NCBI GenBank assembly: GCA_965222115.1
Contig: CBDCTJ010000003.1
Coordinates: forward strand, 224,001-288,000
Reading direction: 5' to 3'
Length of the DNA stretch: 64,000 nt
DNA from: Planctomycetota bacterium
GTDB lineage: Bacteria; Planctomycetota; PLA2; JAEUHO01
Shown: positions 56,282-64,000 of the stretch, in pieces
Numbering within the stretch: position 1 is the stretch's first letter
How the letters are laid out: every line of letters begins with the position of its first letter
The notes under the pieces: generated by a model
Database searches by the model: none
Told to the model about the DNA's origin: nothing
The model's input: only the letters and a program-made list of their open reading frames with translations
Made by a program: the position numbers and the translations under genes

Positions 56282-56995
56282 CTACGCCTTGACGCCACGC
56301 ACAATGTAGGCCGCGCGATGGTGAATCGACTCCACGGTCACATCGTTGTAGCCGTGGCGCTTCATCGACTCGCGATAACGACGCTGCCATTTGGACTTGG
56401 CGATGAGGTCGGCCAGATTCTCGTCAAAGACAACCTTCCATTGCGGGAATACCAACGGACCAAACACCTTGAGCATCCACATATGCGACTTCCAGACAAT
56501 GCGCGCAAAGCCGCGTGGATAGCCGAAGTCTTGAAGGGAAACCACCGTGCCCGGCTTCACATGCGGCGCGAGGCGCGTCATGAGGATGTCAGGATCCACG
56601 TACTTCGGAATGTAACTCGACACGACCACGTCAAAGGTGCCATCCAACTCCATGGTTTCGGCGTTTGAGTGAATCAATGTGAGATCGAGGGGATTGCCTT
56701 CGAACTTCTTCTTCGCTTCGTCGAGATACTCTTGGGTGAAATCCACGCCCACGAGCGCCGCGTTGGGAAAGCGCTTGTGGAGGCGATCCAAGACGATGCC
56801 GGTGCCGCACGCCAAGTCGAGCACACGATCCGCCTCGGTCGGAATCGACTTCATCAGCCGATCCTTCCAGCGACGGTCGAGACCGAAGGTCGTGACGGCG
56901 ACGCAGCGGTCATAGGACGTGCCCGTGCCCTTGAAGAACTTGCGGACGATTTCTTCGCGCTCGCCGCGCTCGGAGGGTGCAAATGTTTCGGTCAT
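56282..56995 (-). CDS. Class I SAM-dependent methyltransferase (UbiE/MenG-like)
   Basis: F...G.SYD, FGLDRRWK, VLDLACGTG, GVDF. Confidence 0.85.
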   Translation of the reverse strand: MTETFAPSERGEREEIVRKFFKGTGTSYDRCVAVTTFGLDRRWKDRLMKSIPTEADRVLDLACGTGIVLDRLHKRFPNAALVGVDFTQEYLDEAKKKFEGNPLDLTLIHSNAETMELDGTFDVVVSSYIPKYVDPDILMTRLAPHVKPGTVVSLQDFGYPRGFARIVWKSHMWMLKVFGPLVFPQWKVVFDENLADLIAKSKWQRRYRESMKRHGYNDVTVESIHHRAAYIVRGVKA

Positions 56996-57044
56996 CCCGT
57001 GAACTTACCCCCTCGGCGGGGCAGACGGGCAGAGGAACCGTGGC

Positions 57045-57977
57045 TTAATCGCGCGAGCGTGTGATCAGGCGTTTGCCAGCCCGCAATGCGCGCATTGTGG
57101 CGAACTTCATCGCATCGCGAGTCTTGCTGACGCCGTAGCGCGTGGGGTTCATGCCGCGCTTGCGAAGCTTGGCATTGAACTGGTGGATGGAGACCTTGCG
57201 GTGACTAAACGTGCTGCGCCACGTGGTGCTCAGCGAGATGGACACGGCGTCGCTATTCTGTACCCAGTGAGGTGCCTCAAGCGGGAAAAAGAGCCCCTCG
57301 CCCGCTTGGATCGTGAACGCCTCATAGGCGTCATCAAGCTTGGGCATTTGAAAGTCGCGGTAGTTCTTGGTGGTGTAGAAGAACTCAAGTTGCTCATCGC
57401 TCAGATTTTCTTGCTTCGCCGGGTCCCAAAGCCGAAGCGTTTTGGCACCTTGAATCTGATGCAGGATGTTGTGTTCGGGATCCATATGGAGCGGTGTGAC
57501 CGATCCGGGGCTAGTCACAAAGATATAGCATTCCCGCTGATGCATCCCGGGACACGTCTCACGTTCAGCGTGCTCGACTTCGTCCAAACACGTGTCAAGG
57601 AGTTCCTTGTACGCAGGGTCACTCTGCACGTTCTTTAGTACGATCCACGACTTGCAATCAGCAATGCGTTCGATGGTCTGCTGTGGCGTCAAACCATTGT
57701 GCTCAACGAGTCGCCGATCAATGTGCTCGGGCAAATCGCCCAAGTTCCATTGGACTTGGTCCTCCTTGAGGCGCGTGGACAGCGCGAGGATGGAGTCGAT
57801 CGTCAGTAGCGGATGACCGACGAGGTTGTGCTTCACCTTCCGCGGGCGAAACGGGTGGGGAGGCGTATTGCAAAACGACAGGTCTTCGTACACCCGTGCC
57901 GTGTGTGGCGATTGGCCAATGGCGCCCTCGTCGGCAAAAGGGGATCGCGATTCAGTATTCGTTGCAACAGAAGTCAT
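57045..57977 (-). CDS. JmjC/cupin-like Fe(II)/2-oxoglutarate oxygenase
   Basis: TPLHMDPEHN.L.QIQGAK and distal PHWV (HxD...H triad), SISLS. Confidence 0.85.
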   Translation of the reverse strand: MTSVATNTESRSPFADEGAIGQSPHTARVYEDLSFCNTPPHPFRPRKVKHNLVGHPLLTIDSILALSTRLKEDQVQWNLGDLPEHIDRRLVEHNGLTPQQTIERIADCKSWIVLKNVQSDPAYKELLDTCLDEVEHAERETCPGMHQRECYIFVTSPGSVTPLHMDPEHNILHQIQGAKTLRLWDPAKQENLSDEQLEFFYTTKNYRDFQMPKLDDAYEAFTIQAGEGLFFPLEAPHWVQNSDAVSISLSTTWRSTFSHRKVSIHQFNAKLRKRGMNPTRYGVSKTRDAMKFATMRALRAGKRLITRSRD

Positions 57978-58315
57978 TGTGCTGGATCGTTTCTCGGAAC
58001 GTACAATTGCGTAGGCGATCTTATCTTATCGTCGGTTGGGATCGTGTGGCCGAGCAACTTAGTCCGTAAATTGCATCGATTCATGGACAAGTGTTCAACG
58101 AAGCGGTAGCTTTGAGAATCCTGCGCCTTGATCCGGCCAGAAACTACTTGTTAGCGCGCTGTGGGGCAGAATCGGCGTCCAAGTCCGAGGCGGATTGGTT
58201 CCGGGCCGGGTGAATTCGATAGCAATGCGATAGTCGGTCACGGCGTCAGTCGAAAGGGTCTTGTTCTACCGCGTGCGCCAAATGTGCGGCGACGCTCGGT
58301 CGGCAAGTACACAAC

Positions 58316-59533
58316 GTGGAGTTTCAGCGCAATCCAGTGACTCAGCACGCGTTCACAGCCGAGGGGTCCGTCGATGCAGTGAAGCAGGCGACTGGCGTTT
58401 CGCCGGCAACCTACGAATGCGTCGCCGTCAATTCCATGGAGGCGTTGCGACCCCACGCAAACGCGTGGACCGCACTGGCAACGTCGTCGGGCCCGGAACT
58501 CCCCGTCTTCGGCTATGAGTGGGTGCACACCTTTTTGGCTCATCGCCTTTCGCCACGAGAGCGCTGGCGTTGTGTGTTTGCCTATAAGGACAACGCATTG
58601 ATGGGTGTCTTGCCACTGATCGTTGTGCCTCATTCCTTGCTCGGAATGGCTGCCCCTACGCTGCGTACTGCCACCGATCTGCACACGCTCATGGGTGGAC
58701 CGATTTTGGCCATGGGACGGGACGGCAATGCCATTGCACGTGAGTTGGTCGGCGAACACTTGCGGTGCGAACCTCGCGCCGTACGCATTACCTTCGAGCG
58801 CCTAATCAAGGAAGCTGCCTACGCGCGCACGATTGACGAACTCTCGCTGAAGCACACCGGTGTAAGTCGCCCGAGCGGCGTTGAAGGTTGCTACTTGGAC
58901 ACGCGCGACGACTTTGATGCGCACGTAAAAACGCTTGGAAGCAAAACGCGTTCGCGACTGCGCGCTGCAGAACGAAGGCTCGAGCGCATGGGCAACGTGA
59001 CGCATCGCATTGTTCGCGATCCCGCTGGGCTCGATCCGGCTATGAAGTCGTTCTTGGCACTGGAAGCTTCGGGCTGGAAGGGCCGGGAAGGCACAGCGAT
59101 TCAATCGAGCGAACGAAATGTAGCGTTTTATAACGCCCTTCGCGAAGCACTGGCCCCCACAGACACCATGCAGATACATGTCTTGGAACTCAATGGACGC
59201 CCCATCTCTGGCGAACTTGCCTTTCGTTTCGGTCGCAAGCTCACAATTCACAAGTTGGCGTATGACGAAGCACTCAACAAGTGTTCTCCCGGCCACCTGT
59301 TGTGGAAGCGAACCATGCAGATGGCATTCGAACACGCCGACATCGACACGGTAGACACGCTGACCGTGGATGCGATTCGCATGCGCTGGAAGATGACGCC
59401 CTATCAGTACTACGACCGCGATCTCTTTCCACCTACCGTGCGATCCACGCTCATCTCACGCTGGCCCAGCGCGCTCCGCCAACGAGCGAAAGCCATACGC
59501 GATGCGTTTCGTTCTAGCCCGGATTATTCATGA
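58316..59533 (+). CDS. GNAT family acetyltransferase (CelD/BcsL, Acetyltransf_6)
   Basis: W..L, GVLPL, KTRSRLR..ERRL, LEASGWKG..GTAI, KLAYDE...KCSPG; the last codons derive from a family A repeat. Confidence 0.85.
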   Translation: MEFQRNPVTQHAFTAEGSVDAVKQATGVSPATYECVAVNSMEALRPHANAWTALATSSGPELPVFGYEWVHTFLAHRLSPRERWRCVFAYKDNALMGVLPLIVVPHSLLGMAAPTLRTATDLHTLMGGPILAMGRDGNAIARELVGEHLRCEPRAVRITFERLIKEAAYARTIDELSLKHTGVSRPSGVEGCYLDTRDDFDAHVKTLGSKTRSRLRAAERRLERMGNVTHRIVRDPAGLDPAMKSFLALEASGWKGREGTAIQSSERNVAFYNALREALAPTDTMQIHVLELNGRPISGELAFRFGRKLTIHKLAYDEALNKCSPGHLLWKRTMQMAFEHADIDTVDTLTVDAIRMRWKMTPYQYYDRDLFPPTVRSTLISRWPSALRQRAKAIRDAFRSSPDYS

Positions 59534-59569
59534 AGCGCGCGATTCACTTCTATTCATGGAGTGTCCGGG
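59518..59569. repeat. Family A element, 52-bp internally deleted copy
   Basis: CTAG-CCCGGATTATTCATGAAGCGCGCG...TTCATGGAGTGTCCGGG; the first 24 bp match the 50520 copy at 23 positions. Confidence 0.8.
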
Positions 59570-59616
59570 CTTGTTCCCAGGGGGACGAAGGCTCGGTCAA
59601 GTGATATGAAAGCGAC

Positions 59617-60591
59617 ATGACGTCGCCCCTCCGCGTATGGATGCCCCACACAAGCGGCCAACCGTTTGAACAGCTCGTGCGCGAGGCGTTGCCAGATACG
59701 ATCGCAATCGCGTTCGGTATCGAGCGTCCGGATCCCGCGGCGTATGACGTCTTGGTGCATGGCGTGCCGGACGCCGATGATCTCCGTGCGAGCGAGGCGC
59801 TGCATACCGTCGTGATTCCATGGGCCGGCGTAGCCACGAAGGCGCGCGAAACGCTACTCGCGTTCCCCCATCTCACAGTGTGCAATCTCCACCACAACGC
59901 CGCCTCGACTGCGGAAACAGCCGTCGGCCTCCTCTTGGCCGCGGCACGAAGACTCGTGCCTGCCGATCGCGCGCTGCGACGCGGCGACTGGTCGCTTCGC
60001 TTTGAGCACGATGCTTCACTGCGTCTCTCGGGCCGCACCGCAGTTGTACTTGGCATGGGTGCCATTGGTTCACGGGTTGCACGCACGCTACAAGCCATGG
60101 ACATGCAGGTCACAGGAGTTGCCCGACGGGCGCGGCCAGGCGATGTATTGCATGTTGGTGTAGAGGACCTTGATCGCGTTCTGAAAAATGCCCACGTGCT
60201 GGTTGTTGCGGTGGCCGCCACGCCTGAAACGAAGGGCATAGTCGATGCCAAGCGTTTGTCACTGCTGGCACCCGGCGCTATCGTCGTAAATGTGTCGCGA
60301 GGATTCGTCGTTGAGGAAGAGGCGCTATTCGAAGCGTTGCAATCGGGGGATCTTGGGGGAGCGGGACTCGATGTGTGGTACCGCTATCCGAGAACGGAAG
60401 TCGAGCGAACGAACACGTTGCCGTCAAAATTTTCGTTTCACGAACTTGGCTCGGTTGTCCTAAGCCCCCACCGTGCGGGTCACGACGGCGATACCGATCG
60501 CTGCCGCGCCGAGGCACTGGTGGAAACCCTCATGGACATCGCAAGCGGGAATGGAGCGCGAAATGTAGTGGATGTGGGACGGGGGTATTGA
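59617..60591 (+). CDS. D-isomer-specific 2-hydroxyacid dehydrogenase
   Basis: VLGMGAIG, VNVSRG, GAGLDVW, SPHRAG. Confidence 0.9.
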   Translation: MTSPLRVWMPHTSGQPFEQLVREALPDTIAIAFGIERPDPAAYDVLVHGVPDADDLRASEALHTVVIPWAGVATKARETLLAFPHLTVCNLHHNAASTAETAVGLLLAAARRLVPADRALRRGDWSLRFEHDASLRLSGRTAVVLGMGAIGSRVARTLQAMDMQVTGVARRARPGDVLHVGVEDLDRVLKNAHVLVVAVAATPETKGIVDAKRLSLLAPGAIVVNVSRGFVVEEEALFEALQSGDLGGAGLDVWYRYPRTEVERTNTLPSKFSFHELGSVVLSPHRAGHDGDTDRCRAEALVETLMDIASGNGARNVVDVGRGY

Positions 60592-60647
60592 GCGCCAGAC
60601 GCCGAGCGCGTACGCAAGAACGAACGGCGCTTCGAACATACGCCGGG

Positions 60648-61712
60648 CTAGATGTCTTCGATTGCGCCTCTCGTTTCAAACATCCAGGTGAGGCCAGCAC
60701 AAAGCAACATGAGCAACCCAACGGGAGCGGCGAATCCGCGTCCGACTGTCCACGTGTCCATGGCCATCGAATAAAACATGTTGACGAAAACGCCTACGCT
60801 CGTGCTCGGAAATTTTGGCGATGCGAGTTGCCAGATGGTCAAGGCTACGTATGCCGGCACAGCGATAAACGCGAACAACTGCACGAACCGACAGAGAATC
60901 TCCCCCACCCGCCCACGAAGCGCAAGGAGTAGTACACCAAAGACACCAAACACGAAAAAGACGAGCAATCGTGTGTTCGCCTTCCATGTCTCGCTCCAAG
61001 CGTCTACGCTAAATAGATGATCGGTGAGCACATGGCCATAGTTCAATCGCGCGGCGACCTTGGCCGGTTGAAAATAGCCGCCAAGCACAAAACACAGGAG
61101 CAGCGCCGCGCCACACGTTCCGGCGACGCCGCGCTCCAATACGCTTGAGCCCACGCGGCGCGTTGCGGCATACGCAGCCACAATCGCCGCGCACATCATG
61201 GCCATGAGTGTGTAAGAATTCAACACACGCGCACCCTGCGGCAGCGACCCGCCGCCCATGTTTTCAGTCATGCTCAGAATCGCGTTGTTGCTTGGCAAGG
61301 ACACGACCAAGTAGCTCGCCAACTCGATTGCCAATGCAGCGCCAGCACCCATCGTCAATCCGACGACCCACCTCGTACCCGGGCGTCGAACGACGCCACC
61401 ACATGCCACGAGCCCAAGAATGGTCAACAAGCCGGTTCCCAAAATCGTCGGCAAACCCAATTGGCCCCAGTCGTCTACGATCTCCCAGACCCAATTGAGC
61501 TCGTGGCGCAACGTAGGAATAAGCTCGCCAATGGCATTTCCGTCGCCTGTGATGCTGCTCTTGCCAAGCCCATTGCTTTGGCCAATTTCCCCAATGCTTT
61601 CGCCAATTTTATAGTGCGACGTGGGTACAACGAGTGCCGCTGCCACGATGAGCATCCCTCCGAGAAACGTCCAAACTCGATAAGGACGATGCGCTGTGCT
61701 CAAGCTGCTCAT
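60648..61712 (-). CDS. Hypothetical polytopic membrane protein
   Basis: About 8 hydrophobic segments; GAGG RBS before the ATG. Confidence 0.65.
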   Translation of the reverse strand: MSSLSTAHRPYRVWTFLGGMLIVAAALVVPTSHYKIGESIGEIGQSNGLGKSSITGDGNAIGELIPTLRHELNWVWEIVDDWGQLGLPTILGTGLLTILGLVACGGVVRRPGTRWVVGLTMGAGAALAIELASYLVVSLPSNNAILSMTENMGGGSLPQGARVLNSYTLMAMMCAAIVAAYAATRRVGSSVLERGVAGTCGAALLLCFVLGGYFQPAKVAARLNYGHVLTDHLFSVDAWSETWKANTRLLVFFVFGVFGVLLLALRGRVGEILCRFVQLFAFIAVPAYVALTIWQLASPKFPSTSVGVFVNMFYSMAMDTWTVGRGFAAPVGLLMLLCAGLTWMFETRGAIEDI

Positions 61713-61875
61713 GACCTCAAACGCTCACACTTCGCGGGAGGATTCGGGCGTAGAGTATACGTATCGTGTGTTCACAACGCCATTCGGCGCCGTAGTCCTA
61801 CTACAAAGGACGCCTTGATCACGACGCGCAATCGCAGTATCCGACACTGAGCGACGGCCCCAATGAGACCGCGAA

Positions 61876-64000
61876 TCACTGTTGACGAATCTCAATAAGC
61901 GCGACGCGTGCCTCGTTGTGTCCGACATCCAGAGTGAGTTGCCCGTCAATAACATGGACACTCACTGTTCGAGCTCGATACTGACCCGCACTTAGCGAAA
62001 CGGCGTTCCACAGCCGCGTGCCTTCGATCGATAGACTCGCAGTGGATACGTGAACTGGATCACCGGTTACGACACGCACTTCGTATGAGCCATTGGGCAC
62101 CGCCATGGACCACGTGGAAACACCGGGTGCTATCGACGAGTCGTAGGATGGATTGGCGTGGACACCGGATGCCGATGTGTTCGCCGTTGCGTCGATGCTC
62201 CAGCCAAACGTGTGATCGCCGCGCGCGCCAAAGGGTGCGCCGTTGTCAGCAATGGTGTCGATTGACAGGGGAGCGCCGTCGGGTTGGAAGCTGACGCGCA
62301 AATCAAGAGGTTGCTCGGCTTGGAGCGTGGCAGGAGCGCCGCCCTCGATCCCAGCAAGGATTCGAATGTCGGAAAGGGGTAATGCGCTGTCAAAGACGCG
62401 AGCGTCGTCGATGGCACCTTCGAAGTATTCATCGATTGTGGGTAGACCTGTGCCGATCACGAAGCGATCGCCATCATCGCCAAACGCCAGCGTCACGGAA
62501 TCCGAGACGTAATCTTCGCGACCGTCGATGTAGATGCGAACGCGGGAGCCGTCGTACGTAGCGGCGACATGGTGCCATGTGTTGGTGGTAATCGCGGTGG
62601 TGCTGTTCCACGATCCGCTTCCGGTGGAACCGGCGGGCGATCCCCAGTTGGCCGTAAATCGAACGGTGCCGCCGGAGCCTTGATGAAGCGTCCACGGACT
62701 TTGAAAGCTGCCGCGCGACATGATGGCATCCCATTCACGCAATCGACTTGCAAAGACCCATGCGGATACCGTGATGCGGTTTTGAACATCGAGCGCAGAT
62801 GTGTGAGGCACGTTGACGTGGGCGGATCCATCGAGCAAAACGGATTGACCGAATCGACCCGCGGCCCAGGTGGCGCCTTCAAGGGACCCCGCACGATCGT
62901 TGGTTCCTGACGGTGACGCGCTTTGGCCCGTGCCCTCGTTGAACTTCATCCAGAACATCGCGGGCGTCGATACCAGGGGTTCGTCGTCACTGGGCGGAGG
63001 TCCTGCTTCATACGTCACGGACAGAAGGCTTGAGACCACGCTCGGGTTTCCGGCATAGTCCATCGCTGCGCCTGCAGGAAGAGAGACCGTTACGACGCCA
63101 TCGGCCTGTGGCGTGACGACGAGTTGGTAGTTCGCGCTTGTGCCGGTGAGCGCGCCCGTACCGTTCACTATGTCAAAGTCCGCAGCCGAAAGGCCGGTGA
63201 CGGGTTCACTCCACGCAACATCGACATCAAAGGCGGCCTGTACCTGAGACGATGGCGTAGTGAGTGCAACGGTAGGCGGCGTCGTATCGGGTTCGGGGGG
63301 ATCGGTATGCTCAATGATGGACTGAATATCGCTATCGCTAAGCGCGCGAGTAAACACACGCACATCGTCGATGCTGCCCTTGAAGAACTCGTCTGCACCG
63401 GGCAGTCCGGCGCCAATCACAAAGCGGGGATCGCCTTGCCCAAACGTCAGATTCGTGGTGATCACGCGACCATCTTGTGTGCCATTGATGTAGAAACGCA
63501 GTTTGCTTCCGTCGTATGTGATTGCGACGTGTTGCCACTCGTTTAGGGATAACGTGCTCTGCGAATTCCAACTTCCGGATCCAGAACTTCCGGCCGGAGA
63601 ATCCCAATTGGCCGTGAAGCGCAACGCGCCATTACTCCAAAGCTGCATGGCCCACGGACTCGTCGCACCGCCCGTGGTGACAAGCCCATCCCAATCGCGC
63701 ATGCGCTCCGGGCGAATCCAGGCGGCTACGGTCAGTTGATTGAATACGTTGAGTGCGGGCGTATAGGGAACATCGATGAACCCCGTCCCGTCGAGACGCA
63801 CAGCTTGTCCGTAGCGCCCTTCCACCCATGTGGCGCCCCCTCTGAGAGTCCCTGGCTGCCCATTGGCACCATCACCCGACGCCTGCGTATCACTACCTTC
63901 ATTGAGTTTAATCCACAGCGCCGGATTGCTGGGACCGACGGGCTCAATACCCCCACCCGCATCTGGATCGTAGTTGGTCGTCACCGTGTTTGATGTCGCG
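61876..64000 (-). CDS. C-terminal part of a large extracellular protein: LamG jellyroll x2, bacterial Ig-like domain, carbohydrate-binding-like C-terminal domain (5'-truncated by the window edge)
   Basis: Two copies of TV.AW...W.HVA.TYDG...YI.G...F.G.IDD.RVF; DTTPPTVAL...SEPVTGL...D.AGN Ig-like domain; the frame stays open to position 64000. Confidence 0.85.
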   Translation of the reverse strand, partial: ATSNTVTTNYDPDAGGGIEPVGPSNPALWIKLNEGSDTQASGDGANGQPGTLRGGATWVEGRYGQAVRLDGTGFIDVPYTPALNVFNQLTVAAWIRPERMRDWDGLVTTGGATSPWAMQLWSNGALRFTANWDSPAGSSGSGSWNSQSTLSLNEWQHVAITYDGSKLRFYINGTQDGRVITTNLTFGQGDPRFVIGAGLPGADEFFKGSIDDVRVFTRALSDSDIQSIIEHTDPPEPDTTPPTVALTTPSSQVQAAFDVDVAWSEPVTGLSAADFDIVNGTGALTGTSANYQLVVTPQADGVVTVSLPAGAAMDYAGNPSVVSSLLSVTYEAGPPPSDDEPLVSTPAMFWMKFNEGTGQSASPSGTNDRAGSLEGATWAAGRFGQSVLLDGSAHVNVPHTSALDVQNRITVSAWVFASRLREWDAIMSRGSFQSPWTLHQGSGGTVRFTANWGSPAGSTGSGSWNSTTAITTNTWHHVAATYDGSRVRIYIDGREDYVSDSVTLAFGDDGDRFVIGTGLPTIDEYFEGAIDDARVFDSALPLSDIRILAGIEGGAPATLQAEQPLDLRVSFQPDGAPLSIDTIADNGAPFGARGDHTFGWSIDATANTSASGVHANPSYDSSIAPGVSTWSMAVPNGSYEVRVVTGDPVHVSTASLSIEGTRLWNAVSLSAGQYRARTVSVHVIDGQLTLDVGHNEARVALIEIRQQ

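Noticed and set aside
1-64000. tRNA, rRNA, tmRNA or prophage genes
   Set aside because: No cloverleaf/TpsiC signatures, rRNA-like tracts or phage structural genes were recognised; tRNAscan-SE and cmscan would be decisive.

Overview
Bacterial chromosomal window (roughly 60% GC by eye), probably Planctomycetota/PVC, judged from a Minf_1886-type gene, a DUF1800-DUF1501 pair, a divergent DnaA paralog, an OmcB-like DUF11 protein and a membrane-anchored ECF sigma factor. About 47 CDS mix housekeeping genes (accBC, asd, moaC, comM/yifB, deaD, tmk, holB, glyA, lgt, tyrS, rpsA, cmk) with many exported TPR/HEAT/protease proteins. I saw no rRNA, tRNA, transposase or cas gene. Most notable: (1) two unrelated families of palindromic intergenic repeats that often abut stop codons, one forming a 25/25/52/243-bp MITE-like size series; (2) a glyA with archaeal-type motifs; (3) a DUF4062-nSTAND1-TM-TPR receptor transcribed divergently from a secreted orphan, with a 10-9-10 inverted repeat between them; (4) a periplasmic-binding-protein/metzincin fusion; (5) a roughly 1020-aa ECF sigma fusion with an internal Shine-Dalgarno; (6) two single-base frameshifts in G runs that may be assembly errors. 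All family calls come from motif recognition by eye; no database search was run.
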